A DNA stretch of 64,000 bases from Candidatus Dojkabacteria bacterium (GTDB lineage Bacteria > Patescibacteriota > Dojkabacteria > B142 > JAFGFJ01): contig JAFGFJ010000006.1 of the NCBI GenBank assembly GCA_016931155.1, positions 220,389-284,388 of the forward strand, given 5' to 3'. Every line of letters begins with the position of its first letter. The first letter of the stretch is position 1. Of this stretch, positions 10,097 to 19,919 are shown in pieces. The position numbers and the translations under genes were made by a program. The notes beneath the pieces are model-generated. The model was not told where the DNA came from. It made no database searches and saw only the letters and a list, made by a program, of their open reading frames with translations.

Positions 10097-11443
10097 TTAA
10101 TCTTTAAAGGGGAAGTGACGACAGAGTGATATGACCCCTCTGCAAATCTCTTTTATTCTTCCATCATTTTTTACTTTCTGCTGGAATTTCTCAAAATCGA
10201 GCTGGGTATACTTCTTTGCTATCTCTGTTACCTCAGCTATCCATCCTGCAATTATTTTCATTTCTTTTTCTTTCATTCCTCTCGTCGTGAGGGTAGGGGT
10301 GCCAAGTCTCAGCCCGGAAGGATCAGCTGGCGATCTTTGTTCACCTGGGATTGTGTTCATATTTGCAACAATTCCGGCAATGTCCAGGGCACGGGCAAGA
10401 TATTTTCCAAAAATTCCTTTACCAGTAAGATTGATTAGAATAAGGTGTTTGTCTGTTCCTCCAGACACCAGCTCAAATCCGTATTTTTTTAATTCTCCTG
10501 CCATGTACTTAGCATTTTTCACTACCTGTTTTGCGTACATTTTAAAGGAAGGTTTCAGCGCTTCCCCGATCCCAACAGTAATTCCTGCAATGTTGTTGTT
10601 GAATGGTCCTCCTTGAAGGCCTGGCAGAACCGCTCTATTTATTTTTTTAATAATGTCTTTATGTGCAAGAATTATCGCTCCTCTTCCAGACCTCAAAGTC
10701 TTATGAGTTGTCATCGTTACGATATCGGCAATTCCTACTGGAGATCTATTTACTCCTGCCGCGATTAACCCTGCCTCGTGAGCGATATCTGCCATGTAGA
10801 GTGCTCCAACTTTTTTTGCAATTGTTTTCATTCTCTTGTAATCTATCTCCCGAGGATAAGCAGTCCCCCCGGTAATTATTAGATTGGGCTTATATTTGTT
10901 TGCGATTTTTTCTATTTCTTTATAATCAAAAACTTGTGTTTCAGGATTCGTCTTGTATTGTACAGTCTTAAAAATTTTTGAGGTGATATTTACTTTTTTC
11001 TTACCTCCAAGATACACTGGATTATCCGGGTCAGGTTTTTTGTCTGTATCATAAGACCACCCGTGAGAAAGATGTCCTCCATCGGGAAGGTACATCCCCA
11101 TCATGGTATCGCCGGGACTCAAAACTGCGAGATAAACTGAAAGGTTTGCATTGCTCCCAGCAAGAGCTTGAACATTTACATCCCAGTCTCCCGGCAGTTT
11201 GAATAGTTTTTTAATTCTATTGATGGCAAGAGATTCAAGTTCGTCCACATGCTGATTTCCTTCATAATAGCGTGCATTTATATTTCCCTCGGCGTACTTG
11301 TGCATAAAAACTGAACCGACTGCTTCTCTTACAGCTATAGAGAAGAAATTTTCGGAAGGTATCATGGAAAGTTTGCTTTGCTGTCTTCTTTCCTCTTTTT
11401 TTATTATTTTAAAAACCTGCGGGTCACTTTGTTTCAGTTTCAT
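10097..11443 (-). CDS. glyA: Serine hydroxymethyltransferase
   Basis: PSEN, KYAEG, GGHLSHG, TTHKTLRS, PGLQGGP, SGLRLGT. Confidence 0.97.
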   Translation of the reverse strand: MKLKQSDPQVFKIIKKEERRQQSKLSMIPSENFFSIAVREAVGSVFMHKYAEGNINARYYEGNQHVDELESLAINRIKKLFKLPGDWDVNVQALAGSNANLSVYLAVLSPGDTMMGMYLPDGGHLSHGWSYDTDKKPDPDNPVYLGGKKKVNITSKIFKTVQYKTNPETQVFDYKEIEKIANKYKPNLIITGGTAYPREIDYKRMKTIAKKVGALYMADIAHEAGLIAAGVNRSPVGIADIVTMTTHKTLRSGRGAIILAHKDIIKKINRAVLPGLQGGPFNNNIAGITVGIGEALKPSFKMYAKQVVKNAKYMAGELKKYGFELVSGGTDKHLILINLTGKGIFGKYLARALDIAGIVANMNTIPGEQRSPADPSGLRLGTPTLTTRGMKEKEMKIIAGWIAEVTEIAKKYTQLDFEKFQQKVKNDGRIKEICRGVISLCRHFPFKD

Positions 11444-11486
11444 TGGGGTAATGAATTTAAAAACATAAATGTATAAGTTTGTTTTT

Positions 11487-12443
11487 TCATACTTTTGGTC
11501 TCCAGCTTTCCCTGCTTTTTTCCAATGTTAGCAAATTTTTGAAAAGCATTGCGACTGTGAGTGGTCCGATTCCGCCAGGGACTGGAGTGAGCCAACTGGC
11601 TTTTCCTATAACTGATTCCTTCTCAATATCACCAGCAACTCCTTCAGCTGTTTTGTTTATTCCTATATCGATTACAATTGCTCCCTTTTTTATCATATCT
11701 CCTTTTAGGAATTTCTGTACTCCCGTTCCGGAAATAACAATGTCTGCTCCTTCCGTAACCTTCTTAATATCTCTCGTTTTTGAGTGAGCGACAGTTATGG
11801 TTGCATCAAGATTTATCAATGCGGCAGCTAGAGGTTTCCCGACAATATCTGATCTGTTTACTATTGTAATGTTTTTACCGCAAAGGGCTTTCTTTAAATT
11901 CTTTGTTTGAAAAATCTCTTCCAAAGAAGCAAGTACGGCTTTGGGTGTTGCCGAAAGCAAGGACTTTGGAGAATCGTGAAAAACCATTCCTAGGGTAGCA
12001 GAGGAAAGACCATCAGCGTCTTTGCCTGGATCAATTTTTGAAAAAATTTCTTTTATTGTCATCCAGTAAAGATTATCTTTCTTGACTGAGCTATCTTTTT
12101 TGAAATCAACTGGTCTGACATCTTTTAGAGTATCCAACTCAAGTGATTCTTTGGGTATTGGCATTTGGATAATGTAGCCTGTTGTCTTGTTATCCTTATT
12201 AAGGTTATTGATAAGCATGAACAACTGACTTGTCTTGATCTGTGGGAATCTATGGACTTTAACAGGTACCCCGATTTCTTCACCCTTCTTCTTTTTCAAG
12301 TCAACGTAGAGATGACTGCTTTTGACATTCCCAATAATGATAATGTCAAGATGAGGTTTGTAATTGTTCTCTGAAAGTTCAACTTTTAATTCCTTAAAAA
12401 TTGCTTCAGAAAGAGCTTTCCCATCTAATATCTTTGTCTCCAT
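11487..12443 (-). CDS. folD: Methylene-THF dehydrogenase/cyclohydrolase FolD
   Basis: KDADG, RSDIVGKP, IDIGIN, TPVPGGIGPLTVAML. Confidence 0.95.
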   Translation of the reverse strand: METKILDGKALSEAIFKELKVELSENNYKPHLDIIIIGNVKSSHLYVDLKKKKGEEIGVPVKVHRFPQIKTSQLFMLINNLNKDNKTTGYIIQMPIPKESLELDTLKDVRPVDFKKDSSVKKDNLYWMTIKEIFSKIDPGKDADGLSSATLGMVFHDSPKSLLSATPKAVLASLEEIFQTKNLKKALCGKNITIVNRSDIVGKPLAAALINLDATITVAHSKTRDIKKVTEGADIVISGTGVQKFLKGDMIKKGAIVIDIGINKTAEGVAGDIEKESVIGKASWLTPVPGGIGPLTVAMLFKNLLTLEKSRESWRPKV

Positions 12444-12510
12444 TCGTTGCAAAGGATACTTGATTAAACTAGAATGGATTTTAACTTAACGCATAAATAC
12501 TTGCAAAGGG

Positions 12511-13959
12511 ATGAAAAAAACTTTTGACATAAAGTTGAGTAAATCAGATTGTTTTAGTTTCAATGTTATTTATCCCAACTTTAATAGGGAGGGGTTGGCG
12601 GCACTTTTTCCGATTCTTGACTGGATCGTGTGGGTTGCCTCTTTTTTATTCTTTTTGAAACTTTTTGGGACTCAGAATTATGCATTCAGCATAATAAATG
12701 AGCAATCAACTCTTTCAAATCTTTACACATTTGTAGTGGTTTTGTTTGCTGTGCAGCTTGTGAGATTTATTATTGGAGGAATTGGTCATTATCCTAAAAC
12801 AGCTTTTGATGTTGCCGTTCTTGTCTTTGTTGCGGCTGTTGTGATTTCAATATTGCTCTCAAGTTCCCAAAGCAGTTCAGTCTTTGGGGTAGAAGGAGTT
12901 AAGATTTTCAGTGGGGTCAGTAATTTTGCATTATTACTTCTCTACTACCTGCTTGTTTCCCAGACAATAACTTCAACTTTTATCTCCTTGAGGAGTATTT
13001 TGTTTTTTACAATTATTCCATTTTTGTTATCTTCACTCAATATTGTGGGGTACTCACTTCAGGGGATAGAGTTGGGTCAGAATGCGAATTATGTCCTCTT
13101 TCTGTTTCCTTTATTTTTTCTTATCTTTCTATCTTCGAAAAGTGCGATTTTAAAAACTATTTCTTTTGTAGTAACAGCTGCTGCGATATTGATTGTTAAT
13201 TTCAATTCGTACTATATTTCTCTTTCGCTATTCATATCTATTTTTATTTCCACGATAATTTTTCTTGGGCTGAGAAGTGATTATGTATTTACTTATCTTG
13301 TTTCATTATGTAAGGATTTGAAGGGTTTATTTAAGAATAAGGGAGTTGTTTTTAGTACTTTTTTAAAAAGAAATTGGAAAATTCTTCTGTTTGTTCCTGT
13401 CTATTTGTACCTTTTTATTGGGAGTACAGTGAATACTGTTGAATTTTACACTCTAGTTTATTTTGAAAAATTTAAGAGTAATTTTAATTCTGTGAAGATA
13501 AGTCTTTCTGGAATAAAAGAATTGCTATTTGGAGTTGGTCTTACTGAGCCTTCCGAAGCCTTCGTTCCCAGGATCTTTGTCAGTTATGGTCTTTTGGGGG
13601 TAGTGGGTTTGGTTCTATTGGTTTCTCTGTTTGCATACTATTCGGTCAGAGCAATCAGGGCATTGAAAACAGACTTCGAACAAATTGCGATTCTGGCTGG
13701 TTCTTTCACTGGAGTTTTGATGATTATTATTTTCGGTATTTTTGTGGAGCTTCCTGCTCCACTTTATATTCTTTTTTGGTTGTTTATAGGTATTGGAGGT
13801 ATTGTTTCGACCAAAGCTTTATACAAACAAAAATATAAATATGACTCTGTCACTGTGATAAAAAGAGGAAAGTATAAAAATATATTAAATGAGCTTCGCT
13901 ATATTGGTTTGATAATTATTCTAGCAGGATCCGTTTTTTTAATTCAGTCTTTATCTTAG
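12511..13959 (+). CDS. Polytopic membrane protein (possibly O-antigen ligase-like)
   Basis: >10 hydrophobic segments; LFGVG motif followed by GLLG in the C-terminal half. Confidence 0.6.
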   Translation: MKKTFDIKLSKSDCFSFNVIYPNFNREGLAALFPILDWIVWVASFLFFLKLFGTQNYAFSIINEQSTLSNLYTFVVVLFAVQLVRFIIGGIGHYPKTAFDVAVLVFVAAVVISILLSSSQSSSVFGVEGVKIFSGVSNFALLLLYYLLVSQTITSTFISLRSILFFTIIPFLLSSLNIVGYSLQGIELGQNANYVLFLFPLFFLIFLSSKSAILKTISFVVTAAAILIVNFNSYYISLSLFISIFISTIIFLGLRSDYVFTYLVSLCKDLKGLFKNKGVVFSTFLKRNWKILLFVPVYLYLFIGSTVNTVEFYTLVYFEKFKSNFNSVKISLSGIKELLFGVGLTEPSEAFVPRIFVSYGLLGVVGLVLLVSLFAYYSVRAIRALKTDFEQIAILAGSFTGVLMIIIFGIFVELPAPLYILFWLFIGIGGIVSTKALYKQKYKYDSVTVIKRGKYKNILNELRYIGLIIILAGSVFLIQSLS

Positions 13960-14088
13960 ATAAACTATAGTCCTTTTTTATTCTTTAATAATACCGAAAC
14001 GTTGTAGAAATGTGGTTGAATTATTTGGCTGATTGAAAAATTATTTAGTTATATCTATACTATTTGTGCTTATTATTCTTTTAGCTTT

Positions 14089-14709
14089 ATGAAATTTGCA
14101 GATGTAGTTATCGTAATTCTTTCTATTGCTATTGTAATTGTTGTTGGATATGTTGGATGGACATTTCTGACATTGCCTGATTCTGCAACTATTGCAAATA
14201 CAAATCCTATTGAAGAGGAAAACTCTGGTGAGCCAGAGAAGTTTGATTTTGAAGAGTGCAATGTCTCTCTGTTAAAAAATAAACTATGGACTCCACAATA
14301 TGAGAATAAAACAAAATTAATACTTGCGAGGGGTGATTATAGTTTGGTGATAACATGTAATCAGGAAATAATTTCTGGAGGATCAATAGAATACTACGAT
14401 CTTCAGGATATCATAATAGGAGAAGAAACATACCAAAAGATTACAGTTTATACAGATGAGAAAAAAGATTTTATTAGAGAAGTACGTTTCACCGATAAAT
14501 TAGAAAGCAATGATGTGTTAACTGGTACGAATAATGCAATATCTAGCAAAGACATATTAGGAATTAAGGTTAATGATAATAAATACTATATATATTATGA
14601 GTTTGTTGATTATATGAAGGATAAGGTTTATGTAAAGAGTGAAATGGTCATAAGTATTATTAATGAGATGGATGAGATAGTAAAAAGTATAAATTTTATA
14701 AACAGATAG
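14089..14709 (+). CDS. Hypothetical protein with N-terminal TM anchor
   Basis: 206-aa ORF. Confidence 0.65.
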   Translation: MKFADVVIVILSIAIVIVVGYVGWTFLTLPDSATIANTNPIEEENSGEPEKFDFEECNVSLLKNKLWTPQYENKTKLILARGDYSLVITCNQEIISGGSIEYYDLQDIIIGEETYQKITVYTDEKKDFIREVRFTDKLESNDVLTGTNNAISSKDILGIKVNDNKYYIYYEFVDYMKDKVYVKSEMVISIINEMDEIVKSINFINR

Positions 14710-17127
14710 GTGAAAAAAGGTAGAATTATTGCAGCACAGATAGTGATATTGTTTTTGGGGGTTTCCATGGCAATAATAGGACATAGTATGAGGACGAGTC
14801 TGGCTCCTGGAGCCGGTAAAGCTCAGACATGTGGTGCTGGTTGTTGTCCGGATGGTTGGTGTTATGGGGAGGATACAAATTATCCAGATTGGAGTGATTG
14901 CAGTGCCAGGGCATGGGATGCCTGCAGGAATCATCAGGGCAGTTGTTTATGCGATGGATGGGCTGCATGTGGAAGCACACATTGCAATACGGATCAGGGA
15001 GTAAAGTATTATTGCAATAATCGTTCCTGGCAGAATACAGGTCAACCCTGTGGTAGCCCTAGTAGTAGTAGCAGCAGCAGTAGTAGTAGCAGCAGTAGTG
15101 GAGGAGAATCGTGTAGGTATTATTCGTGCAATTTTCAGATAGTAAATGGACAGATTGTACCGGGATTTTGTGGTACTGATTATCCTGCAAAAGATCCTTG
15201 TTCGTTAAATCAGACAATATATTGTAGCAACAATACGGATTGTGGCACTGGTTGCTGTAAAGACGGAGTATGTGGAGTTGGCTGTACTTCTACCTGTAGT
15301 AAAAAAAGTGACTGCTGTATTGGTTTGGATTTGTCGAGTTGTACAGTGGAATGCACAAATGGTGTATGTATCGGTTCTGGAGGTCAGGAGCCTACTCCTA
15401 GATGTGGGGATGGAGTATGTGGTAGTACAGAAAGTGCGGCAACATGTCCTTCAGATTGTCCTGGAACTCCGGGGACACCGGGGGGTGAAGATGGAGGAAC
15501 ACAAACGGGAACTGTGATAGCTTGTAGTTCAAACAGTCAGTGTCCAGCAGCTGCTCCAACATGTAAAAATGGTGTTTGTGTTCTAAATATTACTGGAGAT
15601 GCCGATGGAGTTTGTCCGGCAGGTTATACAAATCTGCCAAAATCTGCTGATGTAGTCAATGGAAACTGGGACATTATCTGTATTTTGGGAGTTCCTGGGG
15701 TTATATCAGGTTTTCAACCTGAAAATTCTGCTTGTGTGCTGGGTACTAGGACTGCCTGCGGCTCTGGGTGCAACTCGTCGAAACAGCAACAGATATGTTA
15801 TGTAACAGGTTGGAGTGAATGTGTGGGTACTGATGCTTGTGCTCCAACAATACAGCCGGGAATTCCTTGTGATAATCTTTCTCGATATAGCGAAGGGGAA
15901 CCAAGCAAAGGAGCATTTGTGGGATGTCAGGGAACAAAGAATTGTTTTTGCCAGGTAAATAGCACATTAGGTCAGGCTGGAGGACTGACAGGTAATGTTG
16001 TTTGCTATGACGATCCTGGAAATGATTCCTGTGGTATATCTGTCCCTGCTGAAGTTGTACCTTCAACCTCTCCTTCACCATCTGTAGTTCCTTCTGGTCC
16101 GGTTCCACCACCGACTATTCCTCCCTCACCTCCACCGGGTGGTGATGCATATTGTGAAAGACTTGATGATAGTCAGACAGAAGACGGGAGCAGGGTGTTT
16201 GCCGTAGTTAGAGGGGAGGACTTTAGTGTAAGACTTTATACAGATGTTGCAACGAGAAGCGGAGGATCTGTTACAAATTACAGGTACAATGCAAGTGACG
16301 GGAGTGTGGATCCAGTAGGAAATACAAGTCAGAGTTATACGGACTACACAATTTCCGGCACGATAACAGCTGCGCTTCCTCTTGGTCTGATAGATGCTGC
16401 TGATGTAATAGTAACAGATAACAATGGGAGAACATCAGGTGGGATAGGAACGCTCTGTTCAGTGAGACTTTATGTTACGGATACACCAGTGGAAGGTCCC
16501 TTCTTTATAATTGAGAAGCTTGCAGGCAGTGTCTGTATAGATGAGCCTCAGAGAGCACTTGTTGGCTATACGATTACTCTGACAAATATTGGAGATACTG
16601 CGGGAACTGTTAATGAAGTTGTTGATACACTTGATAGCAGAATTACTACAAGTATGATATCAAATATAAGTCAGGGGGGGACTTTCAATAGTTCGACGCA
16701 TCAGATCACATGGAATAATAATGGGGCAGGTTTTACGCTTGATCCGGGGGAAGAGATGACGTTTACTTATGAGGTGACCTTTGCTGCAAGTCAGTTCGGA
16801 ACTTATACTAATACTGTAGAAGCTGTTGTTCCGCCTGATATACCGCCGCCTTCTCCGGCAACTGTTACAATTACGACAATTTGTTCAGGTCTTCCGGGGA
16901 CTGCAATCTTCGGTGATTCGATGGATAGAATACTTCTGGGTCTGGTACTTGTTACATTTGGGGCACTAGTCTATAGGCTGGGTATTCACAATCTTCTTGG
17001 TGAGAAATTCAGTATGTCTGAAGTGGGTTTCTTTCTTTCAGGATTAAGCAGGAGGGATAGAGAAGACATAATGAGAAGAAGAAAAGAGAGTCTTGAAAGC
17101 AATCTTTTGAGGAGAAAAAGAAAGTAA
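14710..17127 (+). CDS. Cysteine-rich surface protein with poly-Ser/Pro linkers, DUF11-like domain and C-terminal anchor
   Basis: Signal-like N-terminus, dense Cys modules (CGDGVC...), YTITLTNIG...V.DTL (DUF11-like), LPGTA + TM + basic tail. Confidence 0.8.
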   Translation: MKKGRIIAAQIVILFLGVSMAIIGHSMRTSLAPGAGKAQTCGAGCCPDGWCYGEDTNYPDWSDCSARAWDACRNHQGSCLCDGWAACGSTHCNTDQGVKYYCNNRSWQNTGQPCGSPSSSSSSSSSSSSSGGESCRYYSCNFQIVNGQIVPGFCGTDYPAKDPCSLNQTIYCSNNTDCGTGCCKDGVCGVGCTSTCSKKSDCCIGLDLSSCTVECTNGVCIGSGGQEPTPRCGDGVCGSTESAATCPSDCPGTPGTPGGEDGGTQTGTVIACSSNSQCPAAAPTCKNGVCVLNITGDADGVCPAGYTNLPKSADVVNGNWDIICILGVPGVISGFQPENSACVLGTRTACGSGCNSSKQQQICYVTGWSECVGTDACAPTIQPGIPCDNLSRYSEGEPSKGAFVGCQGTKNCFCQVNSTLGQAGGLTGNVVCYDDPGNDSCGISVPAEVVPSTSPSPSVVPSGPVPPPTIPPSPPPGGDAYCERLDDSQTEDGSRVFAVVRGEDFSVRLYTDVATRSGGSVTNYRYNASDGSVDPVGNTSQSYTDYTISGTITAALPLGLIDAADVIVTDNNGRTSGGIGTLCSVRLYVTDTPVEGPFFIIEKLAGSVCIDEPQRALVGYTITLTNIGDTAGTVNEVVDTLDSRITTSMISNISQGGTFNSSTHQITWNNNGAGFTLDPGEEMTFTYEVTFAASQFGTYTNTVEAVVPPDIPPPSPATVTITTICSGLPGTAIFGDSMDRILLGLVLVTFGALVYRLGIHNLLGEKFSMSEVGFFLSGLSRRDREDIMRRRKESLESNLLRRKRK

Positions 17128-17164
17128 ATGAGTATGCGGATACAGGAGGTAACCTGGAAGACTA

Positions 17165-17848
17165 CTACAAAAGATAATCCTTCGCAAAATTAAGAATCTC
17201 GGCTATTATAGATACTTTAATTTTCTTATCCTCTTTTATTGGTATCTCAAAATTTAATATCCTGTCAGAAATTTTATTTTCTAATATCCAGTCCCAGAAA
17301 CATCCTCTTTCGGGGATTACCTCGTCTTTCAGTGAAGCATATCCTTCTTTGAGTTGATAACCAAGATACTTGTCCTTTGTATCATCCACTCCTGAGTATA
17401 GCCTTGTGCCTGTGGAAGATAATTTGTTTTTAAAAAACTTTAATTCTCCTTCACTCAAAGATCCGCTGTCATAAAAGTAAAAAGAATTGATGTATTTATC
17501 TTCATGAAAATCAAGGCAAAGTTTAAGATTAAAATCTTTGAGAAATTTCATAATTACGACTGCTTCATTATCGGTTGTGCCTTCAAAAAACTGTCTATTT
17601 AAATCGTTTTTATTTTTATTAATTCTTGTTTTTGCTGTCAGTGCACTTGGGCTTATTGTGGGGATAAATAAAAAAGAGGGTAGTATAGTAAAATTGTTTT
17701 TCAGATAAAATTGCAATAGTTCTATTATTTTATATTCGTCTCCGTGTATTCCTGAGATTATGAGAAGTTTAGGATTTTCCCCGCTCAGGAAATATTTTAC
17801 GGAAGTATTTTTATACTTGAATTTTTTTTGTAGTAGTCTTTTTTGCAT
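17165..17848 (-). CDS. Succinylglutamate desuccinylase/aspartoacylase (M14-like) hydrolase
   Basis: SGIHGDE, DLNRQF, LDFHE motifs. Confidence 0.8.
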   Translation of the reverse strand: MQKRLLQKKFKYKNTSVKYFLSGENPKLLIISGIHGDEYKIIELLQFYLKNNFTILPSFLFIPTISPSALTAKTRINKNKNDLNRQFFEGTTDNEAVVIMKFLKDFNLKLCLDFHEDKYINSFYFYDSGSLSEGELKFFKNKLSSTGTRLYSGVDDTKDKYLGYQLKEGYASLKDEVIPERGCFWDWILENKISDRILNFEIPIKEDKKIKVSIIAEILNFAKDYLL

Positions 17849-18017
17849 AGAGGTTTACAATAGAATCTTTTGTGTAAAAATTACGACAGTTTTTTTGTGT
17901 ACTAATTGTCATTAGTTTTTTTGGATAAAAATTTATGATAGTCTCTTTTGTGTAAAAATTTGCAATAGTCTTTTTGCGTGAAAATTTACGTTAATTTTTT
18001 TGCATAAAAGTTTACGA
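17834..18017. repeat. Seven imperfect 26-27-bp tandem repeats
   Basis: Consensus approx. TAGTCTTTTTGYRTAAAAATTTACRA; units start at 17834, 17861, 17887, 17913, 17939, 17966, 17992. Confidence 0.75.
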
Positions 18018-18220
18018 TTTTTTCGTTGAGTATAACACTTCGAGTATTTTACTATAAAATATCACCAGACTTTCTGTAGTTCGTAAATAATATTTATATG
18101 ATGCACTGTTGCTGAATCTGAATATCCTACTTCGGGACTTCCTTTGAAGCTGAAACCTACAATAATTCGCTCTATTTGTGATAAAATCTCCTTGTTCTTT
18201 GAGAGTAATGGGAGTATAAA

Positions 18221-18293
18221 GCGTGAGTAGCTCAATGGATAGAGCAACTGCCTTCTAAGCAGTAGGTTGTGGGTTCGAGTCCCGCCTCGCGCA
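18221..18293 (+). tRNA. tRNA-Arg(TCT)
   Basis: Cloverleaf GCGTGAG...ACTGC-CTTCTAA-GCAGT...GGTTCGAGTCC...CTCGCGCA; CCA not encoded. Confidence 0.95.
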
Positions 18294-18359
18294 CTTTGTT
18301 TTCTGATCTTTGGAAATAGAAAGTAAGAAAATCCATCTACTTGACGATCTCTTAGAGAT

Positions 18360-18437
18360 GGTGGCTGTAGCTCAGTTGGTTAGAGCTTCGGTTTGTGGAA
18401 CCGAGTGTCGTGGGTTCGAGTCCCACCAGCCACCCCA
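18360..18437 (+). tRNA. tRNA-His(GTG), integration target
   Basis: G-1, GTGGCTG stem, TCGGT-TTGTGGA-ACCGA, C discriminator, CCA. Confidence 0.96.
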
Positions 18438-19919
18438 ATTTAGACTGCTACTCGTTTCAAAGATGCTATCAAAAGGCTTTTGCATTGTGTAGATTATCTT
18501 TCCAGCTTTATATGACAGGTTCTGAAGTGTAAGTTGAATAATTTCCCTTTTTTCTTCTGGTTCTGAACCTGTAAATAGCTCAAAACTCTTGGAAGCCAAT
18601 TCCAGTAAATAAGAAGCATTTATATAATATTCTTCATCTGCCTGTTCCAAGCGAGCTAATTTATCCTTAAATTCCTGCTGTTCCTGTCTAAAGCGTTTAC
18701 GCAAATTGTCATATTCTTCCTGAGTAATACTACCATCAAGCTTATCTATATAGAGCCTTTCTATTCTACCTTCGAGTTTCTTTATCTGGTTATTATATTC
18801 ATCGAACATTTCGGTATTGAAATTGATTTTACCTTCATGTGCTTCTTTGAGTGTACCAACCATATGCTGTAAATAAGTTTTGGGAATATGCATCTTCTTA
18901 TATATTTCAGAAAACTGCTTAGTAAGGCTCTTTTCTTCTATCCAGATGTCCTCGTGTTTTCCTCTCGCACCTGTGCAGTGATAGTAGATATAAGAATGGA
19001 TGTTCCCGTTTTTTTGCTTCTTGGTGTGTAATTCAGGGGTCATACTGCAACCACACTCTTTGCAGTATATTAAGCCCCTGTAGCTACCATGTTTACCTAC
19101 GAACTTACCTTTGCGATTATTTTTATATCGTCTATTTCTGACACTTTCACACATTTGCCAGACATCTTTAGTAACTAATGTCGCATACTTATGTGGACCG
19201 ATTTCACCATTTAGTTCCCGCATTCCATAATAGAAAGGGTTCTTAAGAATTTTTTCAACTTTACTTTTGTAAATATCTGCATTTATGTCTAACTTAAGTT
19301 TTTGTGATATTTGTAAATAAGAGTAAGAACCAGAGGAGTACCAATCAAATATTTTTTTAACAATCCCAGATTCAAAAGGAAGCACCATAACCCCTGCTTT
19401 TTTAGTATTTTCATCCCTGCAATTCTTATACCCATAGGGTACTCGACCATATACTTCATGAGTTCTTAATTTACTTTGTATAGTATTATGAGTATCTTCC
19501 TGACATCTATTAATATGTTGCTTTGCAAGAAACACTTTCATATCCCAGTCTACTATATCTCTTCCGAAGCTCTTTGAAGTAAGGACAAGCCTATCATCAA
19601 CAAAATGGAGTTCTTTATCAAAATCGATTCTTAGAGAGTCCATTTCAACTGCATCCCTGTAGTTTCTTGTTAATCTATCAACTCGAAAGCCTATGATGGC
19701 TTTTATTTCACTATCAGTCTTAATAAAATCAATCATTTCATCGAATTTCTTTCTCAGTTTCTGACTGGCAGTTTCCTGAAAAACAAACTCCTTTATTACT
19801 TCAAGGTTATTGTCCATGGCGTACTGTCTTAGCTTGGGCAACTGAATTTCCTCGATTGACAATCCCTGTTTTTGTTGTTCTGGGGTAGATACTCTAGCCA
19901 GAATTATTGCTTTTTTCAT
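18372..19919 (-). CDS. Large serine recombinase (resolvase + recombinase + Zn-ribbon + coiled coil)
   Basis: ARVST catalytic Ser, DRLTRN, PYGY, NPFYYG, CKECG...YYHC; last ~21 codons are antisense tRNA-His. Confidence 0.95.
   Translation of the reverse strand: MKKAIILARVSTPEQQKQGLSIEEIQLPKLRQYAMDNNLEVIKEFVFQETASQKLRKKFDEMIDFIKTDSEIKAIIGFRVDRLTRNYRDAVEMDSLRIDFDKELHFVDDRLVLTSKSFGRDIVDWDMKVFLAKQHINRCQEDTHNTIQSKLRTHEVYGRVPYGYKNCRDENTKKAGVMVLPFESGIVKKIFDWYSSGSYSYLQISQKLKLDINADIYKSKVEKILKNPFYYGMRELNGEIGPHKYATLVTKDVWQMCESVRNRRYKNNRKGKFVGKHGSYRGLIYCKECGCSMTPELHTKKQKNGNIHSYIYYHCTGARGKHEDIWIEEKSLTKQFSEIYKKMHIPKTYLQHMVGTLKEAHEGKINFNTEMFDEYNNQIKKLEGRIERLYIDKLDGSITQEEYDNLRKRFRQEQQEFKDKLARLEQADEEYYINASYLLELASKSFELFTGSEPEEKREIIQLTLQNLSYKAGKIIYTMQKPFDSIFETSSSLNWGGWWDSNPRHSVPQTEALTN

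Noticed and set aside
17834-18017. CRISPR array
   Set aside because: Units are contiguous and degenerate with no unique spacers; no cas genes.
18310-18492. Short ORFs overlapping tRNAs (18062-18247, 18310-18492, 46058-46309)
   Set aside because: Translations of tRNA sequence; spurious.
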